DNA of 64,000 bases from Psilocybe cubensis (taxonomy: Eukaryota), in the NCBI GenBank assembly GCA_017499595.2, contig CM039007.1:1674001-1738000 (forward strand). The letters run 5' to 3'. Positions 28,695 to 40,653 of this stretch are shown one piece after another. Position numbers and translations under genes: made by a program. Below the pieces are notes generated by a model that had not been told where the DNA came from, searched no databases, and was given only the letters and a program-made list of their open reading frames with translations. The stretch's first letter is position 1. Each line of letters begins with the position of its first letter.

Positions 28695-29355
28695 TACGGA
28701 ACGTCCTGTTTGTAGCTTGGATAAATCATGCTTGTTTTGAACTTCGAAGTCAGATTCCGCACAAAACTCATCAAATTGAAGTAGAAAGAAAGGCACGTCC
28801 TACAAATTTCCACATACAATGAACTGAGGAGGACACAATGTTGGTTTTTGATTACATTCGGCCTTCGGGTACTTCCACTACTAATGCATTGGAAGCTCCC
28901 ATTGAGTTGACTAGCAAACTCTCTGGAATGCCCCCCCCGGTTGAGCCCAAAATTTATCGTGAGATTTTGGTAGACAATTCTACCAAACGGATAGAACATT
29001 TCCTACAGCAATTTCAGACATATCATCCCCCTTGTTAGGGAATTTTTAACGTGAGATTTTTCGAGTTCTGGTGACTGCTGACACGGTCTCGGTTTCAGTC
29101 TGATAACCGCATTTAGCGTGTTACTTTATTTTTAGCGCGTCGCGGGGCCAGCGATTGCTAAGTTCTAGGAAAATATACAATGTTATGACCACGAGCCAAT
29201 GTTCGCAGATTCAGATTTGTACCCGTGGGTAAGGAGCATGCCAAGGGTTTGTGCTTACACGTCTTCTTAGCCCTGTATCCACGTCCTCCTGTCCTTCCCC
29301 TCACCATCTCGCGCCATCGCTCAGACGCTGAGAGAGACACGAGATGGCGATAGCC

Positions 29356-30615
29356 ATGACAGGAACGACTCTGCCCAGAAACAAACTCTCTATCAAAGAT
29401 CACTTGAAGATTGCCGCTGTCTTGGCCCCAACACGTATGCTTCCGGGAAAACATACAGACAACTGTTACAGTGCTGACGGTGTGTCCCAACAGCCATGAT
29501 TTTGTCGATCGCATTGATCAAGTCTCTCTTCACGGAGGATGGCAGGGCTAAAAGCTGGAAGAGAGTCGTAATAGACAGTGTCATAGCATGGCTCGTTTCT
29601 CACGTCAACAGAAGACAAGTTCGTGGTGTCTTTGGTGAAACTGGAGCAGTATACAGGGATTTTGTCAAGGCAAAGAGGTTGACTCCAGAAGTCGAGGAGC
29701 TTGGCTATGACTCAAGGCTGTTTTGGCTCGGACCTAGGAAGTCGGAACGCGTCATTCTCTACATGCATGGTACGGCAAGTTATATTCATTGTTGAAATAT
29801 ACCGTTCACTGCCACTGTGTCTACAGGCGGGGCATTCTTATTCGGGGCTTTCCCATCAACTCCATACTTCTGGACCCACATCCGAGATGTCATCGCAAAT
29901 AACGGGAAGGAAGTCGACGTTGCTATGCTGAATTACAGTGAGTAGTAGCTTTGTGCCCAAATCGTAATACTGACGACAATGAAATCCAGCTTTAGTCCCC
30001 GACGCAATGTTCCCTACCCAGCTAAAACAAGCAGTGCTTGCCATTCAGCATCTTATTTCAACAGGAATAAAGCCGGAGAACATACAACTCGCTGGAGATT
30101 CCGCTGGAGGCGTTCTCATTCACGAAGTCCTCTCTCATATGCTTCATCCCGTACCAGACGTTCCCAGTCTGGTTTTATCGGCCCCATTGGGTGGGGCATA
30201 CCTTATGTCTCCCGCGTGTTCTCTGAAGGACAGTCCACTGCTTCGAAGTAATCAAGGTAGAGGTGACATCATTACGACACCCACCGTCATTTACTGGGGG
30301 TCAAAACTCTTTGAAGGCGTCCCAGAATTCGGAATACCTTACCTTGAAGGAAATAGTGCTCCTGAAGATTGGTTTAAGGGCGTTGATAAGGTTGTCAAAC
30401 GTATTCTCATCAGCGCCGGGGATGCAGAAATTTTTCGAGACGCTATCATCAAGTATACAAAAACAATTGAGAAGCATCACAAAGACGTTACATTCTTCCT
30501 CGAAAAACATGGAGTCCATGATGATCCATTCCTACTCTTCCTTGTTGGGGAGCCCAACAGGGGAAAGTTGACCCCATTTATAATCGACTGGTTGGACAAG
30601 GGCTTCAATGCATAG
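29356..30615 (+). CDS. Alpha/beta hydrolase, tandem copy 2
   Basis: Same exon layout and motifs (YMHG|G, GDSAGG, GVHDD), with a 202-aa last-exon ORF nearly identical to copy 1. A possible in-frame upstream ATG lies at 29344. Confidence 0.9.
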
Positions 30616-31229
30616 TACGGAAACGTCCTATTTATGGCTTGTCTACTTTCTAGCAATCTGGGTGATCGTAGGTGCTGTTTGAAATGTATTCCTTGACGCA
30701 GGCGCTTAATGACTTAAGTCATAGCATCATTCTCTTTTGAGGCCGGTAGCAGATCGTCATGCAAACGCTAAAACTCGTTTGGGCCAAAATACAAGCTGCG
30801 AAGCATGCTCTACCTCAAACTCTGCAAGGATCATTTCGTGAAATAGAAAATCGGATATACTGGTGACATGTAAAGGTTTTACTTGATTTCACTCATACTC
30901 AATATACATGTATGGCACGGGCCCTATCAACTACTTCAGCTAATGATAAGATGAAATAATCCAGGTCTTACCTTTCCCTGTCAGTGTCTTCTCATTCTAA
31001 TAGGTATAACCCCGTTCGTTCTATGAGATCTCTTGATTATCGTGCAGCAAGCAATCGAAGTGCTAATTCGCACGGGAGATTCGAGCAACGTTCAGGCTGT
31101 CATTTCTGGATCATCTGGGAAGGAAGGCCCAACATGGGAACATGTACATGTGGGCTTACACGCCTTCTTGATCACTTTATTCCACACCGCATCGGCCCAT
31201 TATCCAACTCGGACGAGACTACCACCGCC

Positions 31230-32494
31230 ATGACAAGAACAGCCCTCCCTAGAAACAAACTCTCTATTATAGGTCACTTGAAAATAGCTGCTGTCTTGGT
31301 TTCAGCGCGTAAGCTTTCAGTTACTGATAATAAGCTTGTTTTACCGTGGTAATAACGGCCCTGCAAAGCCCTAGTTATGTCGATTGCATTGATCAAGTCA
31401 TTCTTCACGGAAGATGGAAGGGCAAGGAGTTGGAAGAGAGTCGTAGTGGACAGTGCCACAGCATGGATCCTATCAAACTTCAACAGAAGACAACTCCGCA
31501 AAGTGTTTGGCGAAACTGAACCAGTATACATGGACTTTGTAAAGGCAAAAGGGTTGACTCCAGTGGTTGAGGAGCTTGGCCACGACTCAAGATTGTTCTG
31601 GTTGGGACCCAGGAAGTCAGAGCGCGTTATTCTCTACCTGCATGGTAAGACGACTACCTTTTTAATTTTGAGGGCAGATTATTCAACACCAAACTGTGTA
31701 TACAGGCGGAGCTTTCTTGTTCGGTGCTTTTATATCATCTCCATACTTTTGGACCCACACTCGAGATTCAATTGCACGCAACGGCAAGGAAGTCGACGTT
31801 GCAATGTTGAACTATAGTGCGTCCCGATTTTATGCTTGAGGTTTGATGCTGACGACACTGAATTAAAGCTCTTGTCCCCGACGCAATGTTTCCCACTCAG
31901 CTGAAGCAAGCGGTGCTTGCAATCCACCATCTAGTATCAACAGGAATAAAGCCGGAGAATATTCAGCTCACTGGGGATTCAGCGGGAGGTGTTCTTATTC
32001 ACGAAGTCATCTCCCACATACTTCATCCCGTACCAGGCGTTCCCAAACTGGACTTGTCTGCGCCTTTGGGAGGGGCATACCTCATGTCTCCGTGGTCCTG
32101 TTTGAAGGACAGCTCACTGCTTCGAAACAATCTAGGTAGAGGTGACGTCGTTCCATTATCGGCGTCCATATACTGGGGATCTAAAGTCTTGGATGGTGTC
32201 TCGGAATCTGGTATACCATACCTTGACGGAATTAGTGTTCCCCAGAACTGGTTTAAGGGGGTCGACAAGGTAGTCAAGCGTATTCTTATTAGCGCTGGAG
32301 ACGCAGAGATACTACGAGATGCTATCATCAAATACTCCAAGACTGTGGAGAAATACCACAAAGATGTCACATTGTTCCTTGATGAGCATGGGGTCCATGA
32401 TGACCCATTCATACTCTTCCTTGTTGGCGAGCCTAACAAGGGCAAGTTGACCCCATTTGTAATTAACTGGCTTGACAAGGGTTTTACAGCATAG
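31230..32494 (+). CDS. Alpha/beta hydrolase, tandem copy 3
   Basis: Same exon layout and motifs (YLHG|G, GDSAGG, SPW, GVHDD). Confidence 0.9.
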
Positions 32495-32939
32495 AGCGGA
32501 ATACCTCGTAGTTCCTCGTAGATTGATCGACGTTAGTTGGTTCAAGTTTATTTCAAGTGTACTTGTAGTCGAGCGTAAATTGCGAACTTTGATTTATGGT
32601 GATGAACATTATTCAACATCTAGATTCCAAGAATGAGTTAGTCTTTGCTCTCATCTTGAAGGTGGCAGCTTGAAATCAAAGTTTGCCACATCTGGAGCTA
32701 TGAACTGCATTATCTGCATGATCCAGATGATAGAAAGTTCGGTGAGCGATAAAATCCAAACAAACTTATCACTCTCCCTGCAGGATATAAGGACGTCGGA
32801 GTCGGGAATGAATGCTTATTATACGGAAATGTTACTGTGTGAATGAAGTTCAGAGTGGCAATGTTCAAACGTCGGCACAAGGGGACATTGAGTGATAGAT
32901 CTAACCAGCTTGTTACACCGTTCGTAGGGGTACTGAAAT

Positions 32940-34876
32940 TTATGTGGCTCGCTGGAAAAATGATGGCAATAGGTCAAGCTCGCGGATGTCGACCCCTTTA
33001 AAATCACGATCCTTGACGCGTCGGGTTTCGAGTTCGCGCTTGGCAAGCCAGAGGTGCAGAAGTTGAATGCAATCCTTCACCTAGACGTACAGACAGTTAT
33101 CAACTTAACGCCTATGATGTCATAGTAGAATAAAGGACTCACCACCACAAACAAACCAAATCCAACACCGTTGCGCCACCTGAGGAACGGCAAGTTGATT
33201 AATTGAAGGAGAAAAAACGCGATATGCGACGCACCAAACAGGATCATTATCTACCCAGCTGGTCGAAGAGCTGGTTAACAACGCCATAAACAACCTAACA
33301 CTCAGCCTAGCCTGCTGGAACATATTCAGCTGAGCCCACGGTTTATCTGACCCATCCTTATTTCCTCCCCGCACCCACGACGACACCACCCGCTCCCAAG
33401 GTGGCAATCCAAACATTCCTGAACTACCTGCCTGTTTCTGATGCTGACGAATCCCCAACAAGAGTCTCAGCACTTTCGAATGTTTTGACAACGATAAAAG
33501 AAGCTGGCCCATTGAATTAGCGATGACAGGAATGATCAGTGCACCGCCAATCCGTCGTCCGAGAGAAGACGCGTTGATTTCGATGAGCTGTTCCGCAGCC
33601 TCCACCGCGGCTGCATTGGGGTCCGGGTTCGGTTCCACCACGCCAGCGTTCTGGTCAGCAGCGCCTGGTGCAGCCACAGGGGGTGGTTGACCATCCTCGC
33701 CCCCACCTTCTCCCTGGCCGTCATCGCCATTGCCTCCTTCGACCCCGTCAAGGTTGGCACGGATCCTGATCACAAATGGACCCTCGTTGAACCTCAGTCC
33801 GCCTCTGGGAGGTCTTCGTGGAGCTGGCAGATGCGTCCCCAACAACTTCGAATACGCCCAGGCATAGCAGTTCTGGTACATCGCGCGCACGAAAGGCAGG
33901 CCTACTAGGCCAAAGAGGATAGGCGGAGGAGGCCAGTGGTGTTTTGTACCCAGTAGGCCCCCGGAATTAAAACCGGAGGTAATTAGTGACGAATTCTGGG
34001 GATTAGACCAGTATTCCTGTAATCGTCTGCTCCTTTCGCCAGTGACAGGCGACGTCGGGGGCCAAAAGAGGAGTAGGGGGATGACGAGAGATGTAGAATT
34101 GGTTTGGAAGCGGGATAGTATGAGGCTTATAGGGAGAAGAGGGAGGTTGATGTACGCTGACCACGGCCAATTGGTAGGGTCGTCTGTTAGAATAAGGTCA
34201 AATAATCTGAAAATAACACGAAAGTATTAATTATAACTCTCTTTTAGCGAAAATGGAACGTACTCTTTCCCTAGGAACTTTTCCAATGCCCAGGCTCCAT
34301 AGCCAGTGAGACAAACATACACAGCTACAAAATGGAAGAATTATAAAATAATACAAAAATAATAACAAGGATGAACGCACTGGTACCAACCAATCCCACG
34401 GCAGCAGCAGCTCCGAACACTGTAAACCACCGCCCGCATTTCTGCAGTACTTTATTTCCAACAGATAAAAATTTGAGCACAAATGGCCTGTCGCTCTCCA
34501 TCTCGTACTGCGTGCCACACTGTGGACATTTCAAAGCATTCGGGGCTCGTGACGCATTACTTTGCGATGATTGTATCCATTTGAGCAGACATTGTTCGTG
34601 TGCGATGAGGGTGCAGCTGCAGGGATGTGTCCATGCACGAGGTGCAGTGTTCGGGTCTTGGGCTGGCAGAGGGCAAGATATGAACAAACAATAAGCTACG
34701 TTGGGATACATGAACATATCAAATGAACTCACGAGAATCAGCGTTCTCTTCCTCCCGACAGATATAGCAAAGTTTGACCTTTAGAGTAGCGCCCTTAAGT
34801 CAAAGTGGTGTAGTAAGACTTCGCCATGCCTTTGACGTACCCGTAGATCATTGACTGTGGGTACTTGGGTGCTCAT
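32940..34876 (-). CDS. RING-CH (RINGv) membrane E3 ubiquitin ligase, MARCH5-like
   Basis: Spliced N-terminus MSTQVPTVNDLR|VKLCYICREEE...WTHPCSCTLIAHEQCLLKWI...KCPQCG (C4HC3), followed by hydrophobic segments. Stop after ...FFQRAT at 32940. Confidence 0.85.
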
Positions 34877-36500
34877 GGTCGGTGAGTTTGGTACTCGACT
34901 TGATTAATAACGTCAAGATTTTGTTTAGTCTCGAAAGAAACCGATGCTCCTGGTTCCTTTACAACGTCGTGGTACCAATTTGCGTTCCGGAGCCGTACCA
35001 AGTATTAGGCCAATTTAGAGCTAATCTGGGACAATCAAGATCAATGGCAGATTACAAAAAAATGGTTGGAGTGTATCTCACAGTCACCGTACCACAGTCT
35101 ACAGACTAAGCTCGAGCAATTGGGTCCAAAAAGTGAGGAAAATGTGCCAATGTCGCGTGGGCGTCATGGAGTCATGGGGTATCTGATGTGTTTTGTTGTT
35201 CATTGTCTTCTATTCCAAATACTACGGGAAGTCAAATTACGTTAAATTCCCACGCCTTTTTCAAAGACTCTTTTGAACTTGTATTTCACGGCATCATCTA
35301 CCACTGCCAGTTGGTATGATCAAAAAGAAGAATCAGAAGATGTACACAACTTAAAAATCAAAGACAAAGATGGTAATTGCTATAGAATATTGGGTTGATT
35401 TTTTGGTGACGCTACGGAGCTTAGAAGGGACATCTTTTTCATGCTCGGGGAGGCAATGAAGGGTGCTGTATATGGATTCGTTGTGTGTCTAATGGAAGAG
35501 TAGGCGATTATCCTGATAAATAGGACATAACTAAAAGTGTGAAGTTTGAGCATTATTATTTCAACTTTGTATGGATTTTTTTAAATTTGACGAGCAGCGC
35601 AGAGAGTATACCGATGCACAATAAAAGTGCACAGTTACAGAATACCAATTAATCCACCCTTGTCGTCGAAACTTCCACGAACCCTACTACCACGGAAACA
35701 CGAATACAGGTGTGTTAGTGACGTGCGAATTAAGCATATCATTGAATAATGCTGCACCATCAAAGTAGCCTGAATATAAAGCACAGTGGGTCCATTGGTC
35801 CACAGATTTGCGTAGACAGGGACCCAGAATAAATATTATTAACATCCTAACTCACGCACCTCGGTGTGCTGCTAGTAGCATCGATTCGTAGTACAGCCCA
35901 TAATTGTAAATTAGTTTGTTGGCCAGGAAATCCAGGTGTGCGCAAGAACTGACACCCAATCAGCCTAACCAACCTAATAACATACCTGACTCACAGAAGT
36001 GTGGAAGGCGTCAATAAACTCATGAAAAAGCCACTATGAAGAAACAAACAATAAGCCGATAACCGGCGCATACGCATATGTGTATTGTCTGGGCGGGAGA
36101 AACAGGAACTGGCAAGTGGCAAGGCTAATTAAAAGCTTGTTACGGCTGAAGTTCAAGTAGGAAATAGAAAAGAATGTAGAGAGAGGAAGTAGTTGAAAGG
36201 TTTATGTACATGAAGGGAAAAAAAAAAGGGTTGTTGGGTTGAAACGGATTAGAAATTGGTGTGTTCTAGCGTAGCGCTCACTATGATTCATGAACGCGGA
36301 TGTTCCACCAACGTTGAATTTTGAGAATCGAATTTCGCAAGAAAAGGAAACGGAAAGATAGGGCGAAAAGAACAAAAAATTTCGAGACCAGGCTACGCAT
36401 ATGTTCACGCATACATTGGCGAATGCATGCACAATGAACAAGCAGCGGAGCGAAGAAATGGAAGAATAGGCCACTCGAGATTATTACGAGGCCATAAGAC

Positions 36501-37738
36501 TTAGTGATCATAAGGCGGGGTGCGGACCTGGTCATTATCGCCCCTATCTTGCCTGTCTCGCTCCCTCTCCCTGTCCTCATCCTTCTTAACAGGTTCCTCT
36601 GCAGGCGGTGTCTTCGGCCTCTCCCTCTCTCTATCCCTATCACCCCTGTCCCTGTCGCCCCTATCTCTATCCCTGGCATCCCTTCTTCTGTCAGGCGATG
36701 GCGACCTGCGACGGTCACGGTCGAGATGAGGAGGCGGAGATCTGGACCTCCTGCGCCTGTCCCTGTCTCTATCCCGGTCGTCCAGCCTGTCACGGTCCCT
36801 GTCACGATCATCTCGGCGGCGAGGGCTGCGAGAGCGATCGCGACCGGAGCGGTGAGAAGGAGGGGGGCTACGCCTCTCATATCGCCATACGGAAGAAGGT
36901 GGGTTTTTGGCCCACTGTTGATCACAAAATGGTCAGAACAGGCATGTGTGTGTAAGCAAGGTGTTAAAAGAATCGACGGTTACCTGGATGCTCAAGCGGG
37001 AACCTTCAAAGTATCTGCCATGCCTTTAAGCGAAGAAGAGCATTAGTTGATGTAGCACAAGATTAAAAATGAACTTACATGTCATAATATGCATCCTCAG
37101 CATCGCGATTGCTCTTGAATTCCACAAATGCATAACTACGAGCGTTCGAAGGGAGGTTATCGTTGAGCGATCGTGTTTCATGACGGTAGCAGAGTAGAGT
37201 AGCTAGAGTAGCAGGACAAGCTCGCGCAGACGAAAGAGTTTGAACGAAGTATCGATATTCGACATCGCGGACATATCGACGATAGGTCGCAGCCAGCCCA
37301 GGCGAAACGGAAGACACCGCGGATCGAGCATGCATATAGTATAGTGTTTGCTATGCTATAGAGCGTAAAGCGAGGCGCGCGCGTGGCAACATGATTTTTT
37401 TTTCTCGACGGTCGACCTTCTTCCGACGATTTTTTCACACAAAAAAGGACGATTTCGACCCTCGACCATGGCGGGCACGCGGCGCGGCGCAGCGGTGGAA
37501 AGACCAAGAAAGGAGAGACGCAAAGTCAAAGACGTTGGAAATGGACGACTTACGGGTTGTGGGTGGCGTGGGGGTTGCGTGGTGCTGGAACGTCGCAGCG
37601 AACGAGTGGACCGTATCTGAAAAGTATTTAGTATGAAAAGGGTGAGATGGAGGGGGAAGTGTACCTTTCGAACTCGTACGCTAGGTCCCTGGCACGGGTG
37701 GTTGGGTGAAAGCCGCTGACGAACAGGATTCTGGGCAT
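36501..37738 (-). CDS. SR-family splicing factor (one RRM + RS/RD domain), Srp1-like
   Basis: MPRILFVSGF (RNP2)...ARDLAYEFER|YGPLVRCDVPAPR...NP|YAFVEF (RNP1)KSNRDAEDAYYDM|HGRYFEGSRLSIQ|WAK, followed by RSRSP/RD repeats. Confidence 0.92.
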
Positions 37739-39582
37739 TTTGAGGTCGTCGTCGTCGTGGAGAAAAGTTGCCCTTTGTTCAAGACACGCATGTAAAAGAG
37801 GGGCGTCTCTTTGCATTTGTTTGGTTTGTGGCTGTCGTCCTGTCTGACCCGTCACACCGGTACTCACACTTGGTTCACCTCCTCCATTGCATGCCGTTCT
37901 TCCAGACAACTAGGTTTTACATCTAGGAAATAAAATGTGCTAAGATACTTTCTCCTCATCTTCTGCCTGAAGGCTTCATAATCGAGGAGCGAGACCGGTT
38001 CCTATTTCTCGTGATGGTGTTCATCCTTTGAAGTGGGAGGGCAAATGGACGCAGTCCAATCACTATTCCAAACGAACAAGATTAATATGCCTGCATCACT
38101 GCTACATACCCTCCTCGTATCTGCGTTGGCTTCTAGGATTCCAGAAACTGCGTCCAATCTGAATGGAGTGACCGATCGAACTTGTTGCAAACAGCATAAG
38201 GATACATGTCCTTCTTTTCTACCTTCAGAAGTTCCGGTCTAGAAGGCGGATAAAACGACAGCATTGACATCCGTCTAGCATTCTCCCACGCATTTTTCGT
38301 GAAATTTTTGCACTAGAGCACTGCACCTATGGTGTTCCAGCGGGGTTCAAGAGGTTCATCGGCAAGGATATGCGACAAGATGAATGTGCTAACAATCGTT
38401 ATACCATAACTCTCCGAACTTTCTGGAGTAGCTCCAGAAAAATGCGGACTCGTGTCTCCCTTCTGTTCCAGTTTATGCACAGGAATATCACGGACACGGT
38501 ACGAAGAAAGTTAGTATGTGGATGTTACGTTCTATAGGTGTCACCGGTATTCGAGGAATTAATCAAATTTTCAGCGTTACTTATATCTACAGGTCAGCTT
38601 TTTATATCGTTCTCAAAACAGGGTTACCGAACGGGGCCTTAGTATTCTCTGTGAAAAGCCAGGGTGCACTGATAAATGACGGATTACGTCCTTATGGATT
38701 CACTCACCGATAGAAGTGCATAGGATGTGGGGCATTGTCTACTATTAGTCTCTTGAATATGCGATCTTGTCTCAGTTCCTCAAAATAGCTCCTGTTTCAA
38801 CGCGGCGTCAACGGCGATGAAAGAAATATCAAAACACATTTACAGTTACTAGAGGAAACACTATCTGGAGCGTGAGTGGTTATTTTTACACAAATTATAC
38901 CCTGAGGGAATTTTGTCGGATTGAAGTTAACGATTGTATGAGGTAGACCCTTACTCGCTGCGCATCTGTCATCAACTATTGTACGTCCGGGTAACAAGAA
39001 TTTATCCCTCCAGTACTCTATTCATACTACTCACTCAGGATTGCTAGTTCACATCTCTTACACGCTTATACACGTAATGGCTTTCACAACATATGCACAC
39101 GTGGAATTGAGTGGAAAATCTGGAATGCTAATTATTGTTTCTACAAGATAAAAATCTTTACGTAGGAATGAACCCCAGTGGGGCCGCTGGTGTCGGAAAA
39201 GGGGTAGAGTTCTGTGCATCGTCGACATTCTAAGGTCGGTATTAAGTGTCTTTGAATGTATCATCCATCGAAATGGAAACGTATGATAGTAGGTCAATGG
39301 CCAAAGTATCAGAATCAAGTCAAAAAGTCACTGACTAGTGATTAAATTCATCGGCTAAAACATTGGTTTGGATAACAATCTGACTGATTCCACTGTTCTA
39401 GACATCAAATCGAGAGGGTCCGGGGAGGATATTTGGAGGTACTCTAAAAATACACTGCGAGATGTCTATTTTCATCGACTCCATTTATTCCATGTTTTGA
39501 TAGTAAGCTGAACCATCAACAATGTAAATGCAGGTACGTGAATGTTGACAAAAAATCTATTTTAATCTACAGTATTGAAAGT

Positions 39583-39589
39583 TATAAAA
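39583..39589 (+). promoter_or_regulatory. Putative TATA box of the small Cys-rich peptide gene
   Basis: TATAAAA about 70 nt upstream of ATG 39657. Confidence 0.55.
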
Positions 39590-39656
39590 GCCGAAATGTG
39601 GACCCAAAGACACCAGCAATCTGTTCACCAAGTCCTGTAACGCATTCTACTATAAC

Positions 39657-40155
39657 ATGAAATTCTTCGCCTTTGTCTTCGTCAGCGCCCTTGCGTCCGT
39701 CTCGCAAGTGATGGCTGTTCCAGCCGCCGCGGGTGCTCTTACACAGTGTGCGTTTATTCTGCAGGGCCGATAATGCTGGTAAATGGAAGCTAATTGATAA
39801 ATATGATAATATAGGCGGAGGTCCAGATGTACGCGCTGGTTTCTCTGATATTATTTATTATTTCTAACTATTCCGACCACTATTTAATCATTTGAAATAT
39901 TGATACGTTGAAAACAGCACATTGCATGTAAGTAAAAGGATTTGAAGTGGGGTAGTGACTTTTGCTGACAGCAATAATTTCTTAGGCGCCACGAACTTTA
40001 CTTGCTGTGGACCATTCGATTCTGATGGCTTCGGAACGTGAGTTAATGTATGCACTCATCCTGGATACACTTGAATCTCAATCAAACTCGCTATTACCAT
40101 TAGTTGCCAATTCGGCCATATTTCAGCTCCACTCTGCACCCCGCCCTCGAAGTAG
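39657..40155 (+). CDS. Small secreted 6-Cys peptide (72 aa), knottin/CBM1-like; five exons including 14-nt and 10-nt microexons
   Basis: Exons 39657-39747, 39815-39828, 39918-39927, 39986-40037 and 40104-40155, all GT-AG, total 219 nt in one frame: MKFFAFVFVSALASVSQVMAVPAAAGALTQCGGPDHIACATNFTCCGPFDSDGFGTCQFGHISAPLCTPPSK*. Confidence 0.82.
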
Positions 40156-40653
40156 ATGAACGATGAGAATCTAGCTACAGTCAATCATCAGCAGTACTGC
40201 AAAGGAATACTATTATATAACATATAAAATCGCTTTGAAAAACATATAAGTTCGATTTTGTACCATTTTTGCCAATAGCTGTCCCGTAAATTGTGAGGCC
40301 TTGTAATTAAATTCCCCTTTCTTATGTGTCTTGAGGATAGTAGAGGATGCAGCGGGTTTTTATTAACTAAACATGATCGACAAATCAAGCCCCTAAATTT
40401 CTGACTCTTTCCTGTGACGCGAGCAACGCCGCACGCGTGGTGACCACTCGAACGCGCCGCGCGTCACGCCACCACGCGACAAAGATCACGTGCTGTATTA
40501 TTTTCCCACAAGGTGCTGAAGTTTCCAGTTCAAAGGGTGTTGCGACCACCAGCGACCCATTGCTCTGCAAAAAAGTCCAGGTGAGTGTCAATTGTATTCT
40601 GGAACCTACAATCTGTATTTATAAATTTTTAAGATGCTGCTTGTGGTTGCCAT

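Noticed and set aside
36281-37046. 214-aa and 180-aa ORFs with TG/IP/PV repeats
   Set aside because: Alternative-frame and antisense readings of the RS/RD low-complexity exon.
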